Below, in pieces: positions 8,780-17,465 of a stretch of 64,000 nt of DNA. Location of the stretch: NCBI GenBank assembly GCA_003556225.1, contig PWRN01000100.1, positions 12,125 through 76,124 of the forward strand. Reading direction: 5' to 3'. How positions within the stretch are numbered: position 1 is the first letter of the stretch; each line of letters begins with the position of its first letter. This DNA is from Syntrophomonadaceae bacterium (GTDB lineage Bacteria > Bacillota > Dethiobacteria > DTU022 > UBA8154). The notes under the pieces were generated by a model that searched no databases, was not told the DNA's origin, and saw only the letters and a program-made list of their open reading frames with translations. The translations under genes and the position numbers were made by a program.

Positions 8780-10489
8780 CTAGGTGTTCATGGACGGCTG
8801 CTCATCATGGAGATTGAAGTCTTCCACGGCCTGGTCCCTCAGGAGAAACTTCTGGATTTTTCCGCTGGCCGTCATGGGGTACTCTTCCACAAACTTGATG
8901 TACCTGGGAATTTTGTGGCGGGCGATCTTGCCCTGGCTAAATTCTTTAATTTCCTCTACCGTGACGCTTTGTCCGGGCTTCAGCTTAATATACGCCGCGA
9001 CCTCTTCCCCGTACTTGGTGCTGGGCACGCCGACTACCTGCACATCTTCTACCTGGGGATGAGTGTAGAAAAACTCTTCCAGCTCCCTGGGATAAATGTT
9101 TTCGCCACCCCGGATAATCATATCCTTCAGCCGCCCGGTGACCTTTACGTAATCCTCTTCATCCATGGTCCCCAGGTCCCCGGAACGGTAAAAACCGTCT
9201 TCGTAGAAGGCATCCCGGGTCGCTTCCTCCATCTTGTAGTAGCCCTTCATGACCATGTAACCCCGGCAGCAGATCTCTCCCACGGTGTTGCGGGGTACTT
9301 CCTTGCCGGTTTCCGGATCGCGAATCTCCAGCTCTACGTGGGGCAGCGGGCGGCCAACGGTAGAAACCCGGCGGTCCAGCGTGTCCGTCGGCCGGGTTTT
9401 GGTCACAACGGGAGAGGTCTCGGTCATGCCGTAGGATATGGTGACTTCAGGGGCGATCTTCTCCGTGACTTGCTTCATGACCTCGATGGGGCAGGGGGAG
9501 CCGGCCATGATCCCCGTGCGGGAGTGCTTCAAGTCAAATTTTTCAAAGTCCGGGTGTCCCAGCATCCCGATCCACATGGTCGGCACGCCCTGGCAGGCCG
9601 TGGCTTTACCCTTTTCCATGGTTTCCAGCACCCAGGTAGGATCGTAATATTTAACGGGAAGCTGGGTGGCGCCGTGGACCGTGCAGGTGCTAATACTCAT
9701 GGTCAACCCAAAGCAGTGGAAGAACGGGACAGGGATGCAGAGACGCTCCGCATCGGTGTAGTTCTGGGCATCTCCCACGTACCAGGCATTGTTGATTACG
9801 TTGTAGTGGGTCAGCATAACCCCCTTTGGAAAACCCGTCGTCCCCGAGGTATACTGCATATTAAACACATCGTGGGGATCGCAGGCCTGTTGGTAACGGG
9901 CCAATTCCTCGTCGGGCACATCGCTGCCGTACTCTTCAAACTGGCTCCAGGTAAACATTCCGGGGTGCTGCTGCTCCCCGGCAAAGACAACATTTTTTAA
10001 GAAAGGTAACTTGTCCGATTTCAGTTTGCCCGGCTCGCTGTCTTTGAGTTCCGGCAGAACCTGGTAAAGGTTTTCAATGTAGTTGTTGCCCTTGAATTCA
10101 TCGATGAGGACCAGGGTCTGGGTGTCGGACTGCTTGAGCAGGTATTCCAGCTCGTGGGAGCGGTAATTGGTGTTGACGGTTACCAGGATCCCGCCCATTT
10201 TCACCGTTCCGCCAAAGGTAAAGATCCATTCGGGGATATTGGTTCCCCACATGGATACCTTGTCACCCTTCTTCACGCCCAGCTTGATCAAGCTTTTGGC
10301 GATCTTGTTGCAGATATCCCTGTACTCGTAGTACGTCCAGGATTTTTCCAGCTGGCTGTAATAGCCGATGGCTTCCTTCTCTCCGTACTCCTCGGCACGC
10401 TGATCCAGCAAGTCTCCGAAGGTGATTTCATAAAAATCCCCCGGTGGCTTTTGCTGCTTCCCTACTAAAAAGTTCTGCTTGGACATCAT
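8780..10489 (-). CDS. AMP-forming acyl-CoA synthetase / ligase
   Basis: AMP-binding signature YTSGTTGFPKGVMLTH, plus SYGMTETS, YRSGDLG and a C-terminal GKIQK. Confidence 0.9.
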   Translation of the reverse strand: MMSKQNFLVGKQQKPPGDFYEITFGDLLDQRAEEYGEKEAIGYYSQLEKSWTYYEYRDICNKIAKSLIKLGVKKGDKVSMWGTNIPEWIFTFGGTVKMGGILVTVNTNYRSHELEYLLKQSDTQTLVLIDEFKGNNYIENLYQVLPELKDSEPGKLKSDKLPFLKNVVFAGEQQHPGMFTWSQFEEYGSDVPDEELARYQQACDPHDVFNMQYTSGTTGFPKGVMLTHYNVINNAWYVGDAQNYTDAERLCIPVPFFHCFGLTMSISTCTVHGATQLPVKYYDPTWVLETMEKGKATACQGVPTMWIGMLGHPDFEKFDLKHSRTGIMAGSPCPIEVMKQVTEKIAPEVTISYGMTETSPVVTKTRPTDTLDRRVSTVGRPLPHVELEIRDPETGKEVPRNTVGEICCRGYMVMKGYYKMEEATRDAFYEDGFYRSGDLGTMDEEDYVKVTGRLKDMIIRGGENIYPRELEEFFYTHPQVEDVQVVGVPSTKYGEEVAAYIKLKPGQSVTVEEIKEFSQGKIARHKIPRYIKFVEEYPMTASGKIQKFLLRDQAVEDFNLHDEQPSMNT

Positions 10490-10541
10490 ATTTCCTCCTT
10501 AAAATTGAAGATATTTGTTCAAAATATTATATTTTTTCTAT

Positions 10542-11096
10542 TTAATAGCCGAAGACATAGATGAAACTGCCAAAAAAGAGCAAAAACAGGGCCACACAGA
10601 TAGAAGCTTTCTGGTACGAGAAACCTTGCATCAGCCGGATAACCTTGACCAGGGAGTAAATAAACAGCGCCAGGCAAGAAAGGCTGGCGATCACCAGGAG
10701 CACCCTGACTAAGGGAGAGCTTGCCGCTGGTGAGTTCAGGTAAGTCATGGCGGAAACCAGCAAACCGTACGGCAAAAACGTATACCCCAAAACGGAGTAT
10801 AATGCAAAAAACCGGGGTAAACCTTTTAAAATGCGACACATAGCCCAAAGCATCAAAGTAATCCCCAGCTGCGAAGCGACCATGTACATGTAACCGAAGA
10901 GGATAAAGAACAGCAGGTAGAAGAAATTTAGCTCGCCCAACAAGCTTTCACCCCGAACGAAAAACATGGACAAACCATAAATAAACCCGGCGAGAAAAAC
11001 CAGGATACTGGAAAGGATCGTCGGGTTGTTTTCCTGGATGTCTTCTGCCACCTTTCCTTTAATCAGGAGAATGTCGAAGAGCGCTTTGTGAGCCAT
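10542..11096 (-). CDS. polytopic membrane protein (about 5 TM), possibly Yip1-family
   Basis: 184 aa and very hydrophobic. Its ATG directly follows the stop of the upstream small ORF. The family assignment is by overall look only. Confidence 0.65.
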   Translation of the reverse strand: MAHKALFDILLIKGKVAEDIQENNPTILSSILVFLAGFIYGLSMFFVRGESLLGELNFFYLLFFILFGYMYMVASQLGITLMLWAMCRILKGLPRFFALYSVLGYTFLPYGLLVSAMTYLNSPAASSPLVRVLLVIASLSCLALFIYSLVKVIRLMQGFSYQKASICVALFLLFFGSFIYVFGY

Positions 11097-11279
11097 TTAT
11101 CTTCCTGCCTTTCCTTTTTCAATTGCCGCCCCTTTACCGGGATGTGGGGACATCCCCTCAAATAGCTGAAGGACGTCCCCCTTCCTTTGTTTCATCAAGT
11201 CCTGTGACGAACTGCCGTGCGCTGTGCTGACAGCAACCGCTTGCAGATACTGACACTTTCGCGGCATCTGATCAACCAC
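11097..11279 (-). CDS. small hypothetical protein (60 aa)
   Basis: It exactly fills the gap between the SSS transporter stop (11285) and the membrane-protein start (11096). The sequence is low-complexity and no homology was recognised. Confidence 0.3.
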   Translation of the reverse strand: MVDQMPRKCQYLQAVAVSTAHGSSSQDLMKQRKGDVLQLFEGMSPHPGKGAAIEKGKAGR

Positions 11280-11284
11280 GGCTG

Positions 11285-12955
11285 TTACCCTCCGAAAAGC
11301 GCGTAAAGGACAAAGAATAACATGATAAGACCGATAATAATCGGACCGGTTTCGCTGTTGTAACGTTTGCTGTTTTTCGGAATATGTTTTTCAGGCCAGC
11401 CGTGAGCTTTTTCGATCAGCAGATCCGTTTCCTCACGGGGGATCTTCGCCGCCAGTGACGGGATCCTGTTGGTGATCAGGGAAACGAAAATGAGCACTAC
11501 GAAGGATGCCGGCACGGAGAGCACCCCGGGATAGGGAATGGAACCGTAGGGAACATCAGACCAGATAGGGCTCCAGGTGAAGCTGGGGTGGGCAAACTGC
11601 GCGTTAGCGTACATGCACAAGAAGCCCCCGATCAGCATGCTCCAGATTACACCGTATTTATTGGCACCTTTCCACCAGATTCCCATGATGAGTGGAGCGG
11701 TAAAGACCGAAGCGGAGACGGCGATGGCCCAGATCACACTGGCAAGGGCAAATGCAGGGGGATTGATCGTGACGAAAATAATGACGATGCCGCCAACAAA
11801 GCTCACGATAGGAGCGAAGATCAGCTTCTGTCTCTCCGTAAGTTCCTTGTAGCTGCCAACGATATCGTGGGCTATACCCGTTCCGATCACGATCAGCGCA
11901 CCGGCCGTGGTGGACAGCCCGGCTGCGAAGGCCCCGGCCATCACCATCGCCAGCGCCCAGTCGCCAACAAAGATATCCGAAAGGATGAGCAGCAGCATAT
12001 CCGCCCGCACTGCGGCAACTTCGATTCCTTCCACGCTGGTCCAGAGCACGCCGGCAAAACCGGAACCAAAGGTCAGCACGTTGACAAAACCGATAAAAAA
12101 CAACCCCAGAAGGAATCCGTAGCGCCCTTCCTTGATGGTTTTTGCCGAAGCGACGCGGGAGAGATAGTGAGGCACGGAGGCCGTTCCAAAGAGCATGGAA
12201 AAGAAAACACCCTGGTACCACTTGATATGGGCCTCCGGAGGATAGAGCACATCAAAAAACTTGGGAAAGGCCTCCAGCATTTCCGGCACCATGTTGCCGT
12301 AACCCCAGAAAGGCACGTACCAGACGTTGGCACCCAGGGCCTGTAAGATGGCCATCACGGGGACGAACATGGCGATCACGCAGATGGCGCCCTGCAAGGC
12401 CTGATTCCAGGTCACCCCATACATGCCGCCGATGGTTACATAAAGTACGACGACAATGCCCCCGATAAACAACCCGGGAACATAGGAAACACCTAAAAGC
12501 ATCTCAAAAACGTGGGCAATGGCCTTCATCTGGCTCACGGCGTACATGATCATGATGAAAATCATAAATCCCACGGCGATTAACCGGCCGTACTCACTGC
12601 GGAATCGCTCTGAGATGTAACCGGCAGCGGTGTAGGTTCCCAGCCTCCTGAGAGGTCCGCTAAACGAAATGATCATCACCAAAAAGCCGCACATCCAGGC
12701 CTGGGACATGATAATCAACTGCGACTGCAAGCCCCAAATAAACGCAGTAAAACCCAGGAACGTGGCACAACTTAAATATGCAGATACGATAGCGAAGGCA
12801 TTGGTGACAGGGCCAACGGAGCGGCCGGCAAGGTAGTACCCTTCCGCCGTAGTTGTGCGTCTCCGGGCGATCTCACCCGAGACGATGAAGATCACGATGA
12901 GGAGAAAGAGCAAGACGACGCCGCCAACAAATATTCCTTCTCGTTCAAAGCCCAT
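11285..12955 (-). CDS. sodium:solute symporter (SSS) family transporter, the type paired with a DUF4212 small subunit
   Basis: 556 aa with about 13-14 TM segments. It sits immediately downstream (1-nt gap) of a DUF4212-like small membrane protein. Confidence 0.9.
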   Translation of the reverse strand: MGFEREGIFVGGVVLLFLLIVIFIVSGEIARRRTTTAEGYYLAGRSVGPVTNAFAIVSAYLSCATFLGFTAFIWGLQSQLIIMSQAWMCGFLVMIISFSGPLRRLGTYTAAGYISERFRSEYGRLIAVGFMIFIMIMYAVSQMKAIAHVFEMLLGVSYVPGLFIGGIVVVLYVTIGGMYGVTWNQALQGAICVIAMFVPVMAILQALGANVWYVPFWGYGNMVPEMLEAFPKFFDVLYPPEAHIKWYQGVFFSMLFGTASVPHYLSRVASAKTIKEGRYGFLLGLFFIGFVNVLTFGSGFAGVLWTSVEGIEVAAVRADMLLLILSDIFVGDWALAMVMAGAFAAGLSTTAGALIVIGTGIAHDIVGSYKELTERQKLIFAPIVSFVGGIVIIFVTINPPAFALASVIWAIAVSASVFTAPLIMGIWWKGANKYGVIWSMLIGGFLCMYANAQFAHPSFTWSPIWSDVPYGSIPYPGVLSVPASFVVLIFVSLITNRIPSLAAKIPREETDLLIEKAHGWPEKHIPKNSKRYNSETGPIIIGLIMLFFVLYALFGG

Positions 12956-12956
12956 C

Positions 12957-13289
12957 TTATTGTCCCCCCCCTGCGTCTCTCGTTAGCCGTTCCCTTGCCG
13001 CGTCATTTTTATCGATCATGCGTAAAACAATATACCCCAGTAAGATGGGCCCCAGCCAGTTGATGGAAAACTGATAAAAATAGGGAAAAGGGAATCCCCA
13101 GACTGTCACATCCAGCAACTGCGGGAAAGGTAGCATAAATACGACTCCCATGGCGATGATCATCACGAGAATTACACTGACCACGACCAGGTGTAATTCT
13201 TGCTTGTAGACGCGTTCCGCTTCCGCCGAAAAACCCAACTGCTCATCGGCCGGGGCATCTGAACCCGTAGGAACTCTTGGTTCTGTCAT
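12957..13289 (-). CDS. DUF4212-type small subunit of a solute:sodium symporter
   Basis: 110 aa with two TM segments and a VWGFPFPYFYQFSINWLGPILLGYIVLRMIDKND core, which resembles the DUF4212 GFPxxYW...Y...D pattern. RBS AGGAGGGA precedes the ATG. Confidence 0.75.
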   Translation of the reverse strand: MTEPRVPTGSDAPADEQLGFSAEAERVYKQELHLVVVSVILVMIIAMGVVFMLPFPQLLDVTVWGFPFPYFYQFSINWLGPILLGYIVLRMIDKNDAARERLTRDAGGGQ

Positions 13290-13511
13290 AAATGAGATCC
13301 CTCCTGAGAAAAGTAATTGAGAATAAATGCGTCCGTTGATGCTTCATGCGCGAAGTCTTCGTGTAAGATCACCTCCCATCAGGTTTTATTGAAACTCACT
13401 CCCTTTCAAAAATAATTAATTTCTCTTCGGTAGAATATGTAGAAAATAAATGTTCGTAAAATCATGGTATCTTTTGGCATCATTTAATGTTCTGAACATT
13501 ATATTATAAGC

Positions 13512-13528
13512 AAGCAAAAACCATGCCA
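13512..13528 (-). promoter_or_regulatory. sigma-54 (-24/-12) promoter P2 upstream of the DUF4212/SSS operon
   Basis: The minus strand reads TGGCATGGTTTTTGCTT with GG-N10-GC spacing. Confidence 0.7.
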
Positions 13529-13572
13529 CCACTGCATCAAAGCCTTCCATGACCCCAGGTGTGGGAACGAGC

Positions 13573-13599
13573 AAAAAAAAGAAGGCGAACATCGCCTTC
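13573..13599 (-). terminator. intrinsic terminator after the sigma-54 activator gene
   Basis: The minus strand reads GAAGGCG-ATGTT-CGCCTTC followed by TTTTTTTT. Confidence 0.65.
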
Positions 13600-13604
13600 G
13601 GTTT

Positions 13605-13622
13605 TGATGCTTTAAAGCATCA
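13605..13622. promoter_or_regulatory. candidate enhancer dyad TGATGCTTTAAAGCATCA
   Basis: A perfect TGATGC-N6-GCATCA dyad about 90 bp upstream of P2. It has the same half-sites as 7158-7175. Confidence 0.5.
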
Positions 13623-13672
13623 ATTATGGAGGCCGGCATCAAGGAGGCTGGGTCAGCTCTAAAATCACTGGA

Positions 13673-15427
13673 CTAAACGTAACCCTGGTCAGCCTGGATC
13701 TTTTGCAACTTTCTCACCACCGTGGACTGGTCCACCCCCAGGGCCTGGGCTGCTTTGCGCGTGGTTTTATGGGTATCCATTGCCGTGGTGATTAATTTTT
13801 CCTCCAGCCTGGAGACCGCTTCTTTAAGTGTCAGGTTTTTGCCAATGTGCAACCTTAACTCCTCTTCCGGGCCTTTGAAGACAGACTTGAAGTGCTGCGG
13901 GATCTGCTCCAGGGTGATCACCGGTTCGCGGGAAAGGACGACCAGCCGTTCAATGAGATTTTGAAGCTCCCGCACATTTCCCGGCCAGGGATAATCGATC
14001 AAGCAGTCAATGGCATCGCCGGAAATGCGCTTGTAGAGATTGTGCTCCCGGTTGAACTTGCTCAAAAAGAAGTTGATTAAAGCCGGTACGTCTTCTTTTC
14101 TCTCCCTGAGAGGAGGGATGGTAATGGGAACCACATTTAAACGATAATACAAATCCTCCCTGAAATCACCCTGCTGCACCAGCTTCCCCAGGTCCTTATT
14201 GGTTGCGGCCAGCACGCGAACATCCAGGGATACAGGCTTGACACCGCCGATGCGCATGACCTGCCCGTCCTGGAATACCCGCAGCAGCTTCACCTGGAGT
14301 CTTAAAGGAAGTTCGGCCACTTCATCTAAAAAAATGGTACCCTTGTTGGCCAATTCAAACATCCCCAACTTGCCCTTGCGGTCCGCACCGGTAAAAGCGC
14401 CCCGTTCGTAGCCGAAGAGCTCCGACTCCAGGAGGTTTTCTGGAATCGCCCCGCAGTTTACCTTGATAAACGGCTCGTCTTTTCGCTCACTGGCCTGCAC
14501 GATGGCATTGGCAATCCCTTCCTTGCCTACACCGGATTCTCCCGCGATCAAGACCGTGGAGTTGACCTGCCCCACCCGGACGGCCAGGTCAAAAATATGC
14601 TGCATTTGCGAACTGTGAACCACGAAGTTTTCCAGCTTCAGCTGCCCTGAACGCAGCCGGTCCAGCTCTTCCTTGTATTGCGCCGCCAGCTTATCTTTTA
14701 ATTCGCTTTCTTCTTTCAGCGCCATCAATTCCGTGATATCACGCACATTGGTGACAACACGCACGATCTCCTGGTTTTCATTGAAAATCGGGTTGCCGGT
14801 AATCAAAACTTTTTTGTCCTTTTTTTTGAAAATGTTGTGCATGATCGTAATCGGCTTCTTTTCTTCCAGCACCCGCAGGGTCACGGATTCCGAAAAATAT
14901 CCCTCCTCGACCAGTTCCTGCATGTGTCTGCCCACAACTTCCTCTCTCTTGAGCCCTGAAAGTTTTTCATAGGCGCTGTTCAGGTGCAGCGTGTACCCCT
15001 GTCCATCCGTAATCCACATACCATCGTAGGAGGATTCGATGATGGCATCCAGCTCTTCCTTGATCTTGCGTTCCTCGCGCAGTTCCTCCGTGACTTTTTC
15101 TAGATCGGAAATATCCTGGAACACGCCGATGGCTCCAATCAGCCGACCATCCCGGTTATAAATCGGCGTCCTGTTACTGATCACCGTTCTGTTCTTGATC
15201 TGCACTTTTTGCGTGGGCCTGCTCTCTTCGGTTTCCAGGATTTCCAGCAAGCCGGTATTGGGGACCAGCTTATCCACCTTCTGGCCCAGCGCTTCTTCCA
15301 TGGGCACACCGATAAAGCGCGCAGCAGATTTGTTGAGCAGGATCACTTCACCCTCGGTGTTGATCGCCAAAATACCATTATAAATTGCGTTTAAGAACTG
15401 GTCTATCTCTAGGTTTTTTCTAACCAT
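13673..15427 (-). CDS. sigma-54-dependent transcriptional activator (PAS-PAS-AAA+-HTH)
   Basis: Walker [15 protein letters not shown] loop, Walker B IFLDEV and a C-terminal Fis-type HTH ([16 protein letters not shown]). The N-terminal half has two PAS-like repeats. Start placed at the ATG at 15427 behind GGGAGG. Confidence 0.9.
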   Translation of the reverse strand: MVRKNLEIDQFLNAIYNGILAINTEGEVILLNKSAARFIGVPMEEALGQKVDKLVPNTGLLEILETEESRPTQKVQIKNRTVISNRTPIYNRDGRLIGAIGVFQDISDLEKVTEELREERKIKEELDAIIESSYDGMWITDGQGYTLHLNSAYEKLSGLKREEVVGRHMQELVEEGYFSESVTLRVLEEKKPITIMHNIFKKKDKKVLITGNPIFNENQEIVRVVTNVRDITELMALKEESELKDKLAAQYKEELDRLRSGQLKLENFVVHSSQMQHIFDLAVRVGQVNSTVLIAGESGVGKEGIANAIVQASERKDEPFIKVNCGAIPENLLESELFGYERGAFTGADRKGKLGMFELANKGTIFLDEVAELPLRLQVKLLRVFQDGQVMRIGGVKPVSLDVRVLAATNKDLGKLVQQGDFREDLYYRLNVVPITIPPLRERKEDVPALINFFLSKFNREHNLYKRISGDAIDCLIDYPWPGNVRELQNLIERLVVLSREPVITLEQIPQHFKSVFKGPEEELRLHIGKNLTLKEAVSRLEEKLITTAMDTHKTTRKAAQALGVDQSTVVRKLQKIQADQGYV

Positions 15428-15616
15428 GAACCTGGACCTCCCACACATAGTATGCATTATTGCATCATTACCTTATACAATTAGACACCGGGGGTCTTGT
15501 CCCCTGCCGAAAAGTCAAGGTTTCATGAAATTTTGTGTATGTGTCGATTCTCTTTAGTGCAGTTTCTACGATCATATCTTTCCTTTTTCTTATCCAACGG
15601 GCGTGCATGAACACAA

Positions 15617-15648
15617 GCATCGTAGATGCATAGATACATCGATGATGC
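15617..15648. promoter_or_regulatory. cluster of GATGC/GCATC half-sites (possible enhancer for P3)
   Basis: GCATCGTAGATGC (15617-15629), GATGCATAGATACATC (15625-15640) and GATGATGC (15641-15648) lie about 100-130 bp upstream of P3. The arrangement differs from the clean dyads at P1 and P2. Confidence 0.35.
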
Positions 15649-15745
15649 AGCAGTTCTTCAAGAAACAGCATTTTTCCCCGATCTATTTTGGGCTTACCCG
15701 GGTTTCCTTCCCGGTTTCTCGGCCCTGGAGGGGACTTGGAATTTT

Positions 15746-15762
15746 TGGCATGGTTCTTGCTT
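15746..15762 (+). promoter_or_regulatory. sigma-54 (-24/-12) promoter P3 upstream of the MFS transporter
   Basis: The plus strand reads TGGCATGGTTCTTGCTT with GG-N10-GC spacing. Confidence 0.7.
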
Positions 15763-16116
15763 AATAAGATAATGGTTGAGCATAGACGAGATTTCAACAT
15801 TCAGGGGCCAGGCGGCTTCATAACCTAGCAGCTGCACATCAAAAACTTACACCAGTTGGACTTCATTCTATCCCTTCCATATTTGCACACTTTTACATAC
15901 CACAGATGATCACAAAAATTTTCCCTGTCACTTCATCGCCCTGGCTCCTGTCTTTCTCACAAAACGCTCGGGAAAACCAGGACCTGACCATCTCACTATC
16001 TTTTACAAACGCGCAACTCTACACACCCTTGCAGTCTCATAAACAATACCGCCGGCACCGGCAAGAGGTAGCCGAGCAAGCAAGAACGAACGTATTGAAA
16101 AAGGGGGATTCGTTTT

Positions 16117-17445
16117 ATGCATGTAAAAAGTTCCACCATCCAGAACCCTGCAAAACGTGCCTTTTCGCAGCCCTATGAGCTGCCCAAGGCAATCAACAAG
16201 GGCTGGAAAGTCACCTTTGCGGGGACAGGGGTTAACCTGGCCCTGGGTATCCTTTATTCCTGGAGCATCATTGCCGGATTTTTAAGGGATAATATGGGCT
16301 GGTCCGCCTTCAACACCCAGCTTCCTTACATGATCGCCTGCGGCGTTTTCGCCCTGCTGATGGTCCCGGGCGGGCGCATCCAGGACCAGGTTGGACCCAG
16401 GAAGGTGATCATGGCTGCCGCACTGTTGGCCGGTGTAGGATTTGTCGGCTCCAGCTATGTTACGTCCCCCCTGGGGCTCTCCATCTTTTTCGGCCTCTTC
16501 TTCGGTGCAGCCATCGGCCTGGGTTATTCGTCCACGACCCCACCGGCCATGAAATGGTTCGGATCCAACAAAAGAGGATTGATTACCGGGATTGTCGTCA
16601 GCGGCTTCGGCCTGGCCTCCGTCTATTCCGCGCCCCTGGCCAACAGCCTGATCCAGCGTGTTGGGCTGTCGCAAACATTTTTCATCATCGGCATCGCTTT
16701 CTTTATCTTGATCTTAATCCTGGCCCAATTTATCAAAAATCCGCCGCCGGGTTATGTGCCCCCAGGGGCATCCCGCTCCCTGGAAAACATCCCCGCAGAA
16801 AAGAAAAAAGCAGAAAAGAAAAAAGTCAGTACCACGACCGATTTCGAGTGGCATGAAATGTGTAAGACCCCCCAGTTTTATGTGCTCTGGTTCATGTTTT
16901 GTTTTGGCTCCCTGGCCGGCCTCATGATCATCGGCCAGCTCTCCAGCATCGCCCGGGAGCAGTCCGGTATAGCCTTGGGTTTTATCCTCGTTGCCATCCT
17001 GGCCATTTTTAATGCCGGGGGCCGGATTTCCGGCGGCATCATGTTCGACTCCATCGGAGCGACCAAAACCCTGTTCATCATCTTTAGTTTGCAGGCGGTA
17101 AACTTCTTACTCTTCGGCATTTACAACAACCTCTACCTGCTGCTCATTGGCACGGTGATCGCCGGATTTTGTTACGGGGCATGTCTTTCCGTCTTTCCAT
17201 CCATTACGGCCAACCTCTTCGGCGTGAAAAATTTGGGGATCAACTATGGTCTCATCTTCACCGCCTGGGGGGCCGGAGGGGTGTTTGGCGGCCTGCTGGG
17301 CGGCATGGTTCGCGATGCCACCGGCACCTACCTGTATGCTTACCTGGCAGCCGCGGCCCTGTGTTTCCTTGGCGCCATCCTGATCTTTTTCTTGAAATTG
17401 CCTGAGAGCTCCGCGGTAAGAAAACCCGAAACAGCGACCGAATAA
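16117..17445 (+). CDS. MFS transporter, oxalate/formate antiporter (OFA)-like
   Basis: 442 aa with 12 TM segments. N-terminal GTGVNLALGILYSWS and MVPGGRIQDQVGPRK are typical of OFA-family MFS proteins. RBS GGGGGA lies 8 nt before the ATG. Confidence 0.88.
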   Translation: MHVKSSTIQNPAKRAFSQPYELPKAINKGWKVTFAGTGVNLALGILYSWSIIAGFLRDNMGWSAFNTQLPYMIACGVFALLMVPGGRIQDQVGPRKVIMAAALLAGVGFVGSSYVTSPLGLSIFFGLFFGAAIGLGYSSTTPPAMKWFGSNKRGLITGIVVSGFGLASVYSAPLANSLIQRVGLSQTFFIIGIAFFILILILAQFIKNPPPGYVPPGASRSLENIPAEKKKAEKKKVSTTTDFEWHEMCKTPQFYVLWFMFCFGSLAGLMIIGQLSSIAREQSGIALGFILVAILAIFNAGGRISGGIMFDSIGATKTLFIIFSLQAVNFLLFGIYNNLYLLLIGTVIAGFCYGACLSVFPSITANLFGVKNLGINYGLIFTAWGAGGVFGGLLGGMVRDATGTYLYAYLAAAALCFLGAILIFFLKLPESSAVRKPETATE

Positions 17446-17465
17446 CGGGTAACCGAAGAAGAGTA

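Noticed and set aside
13475-13491. TGGCATCATTTAATGTT on the plus strand resembles a -24 element.
   Set aside because: Ten nt after the GG the sequence is TG, not GC, so there is no -12 element. It also points away from any gene start.
15468-15800. 110-aa minus-strand ORF directly upstream of the sigma-54 activator gene.
   Set aside because: It has no RBS before its ATG, an odd Lys/Arg-rich and low-complexity translation, and it overlaps the half-site cluster and the P3 -24/-12 element. It is more likely regulatory DNA.
15906-16178. 90-aa plus-strand ORF in the MFS leader.
   Set aside because: It has no RBS, its composition is dictated by the G-poor leader, and it runs into the MFS start in another frame.
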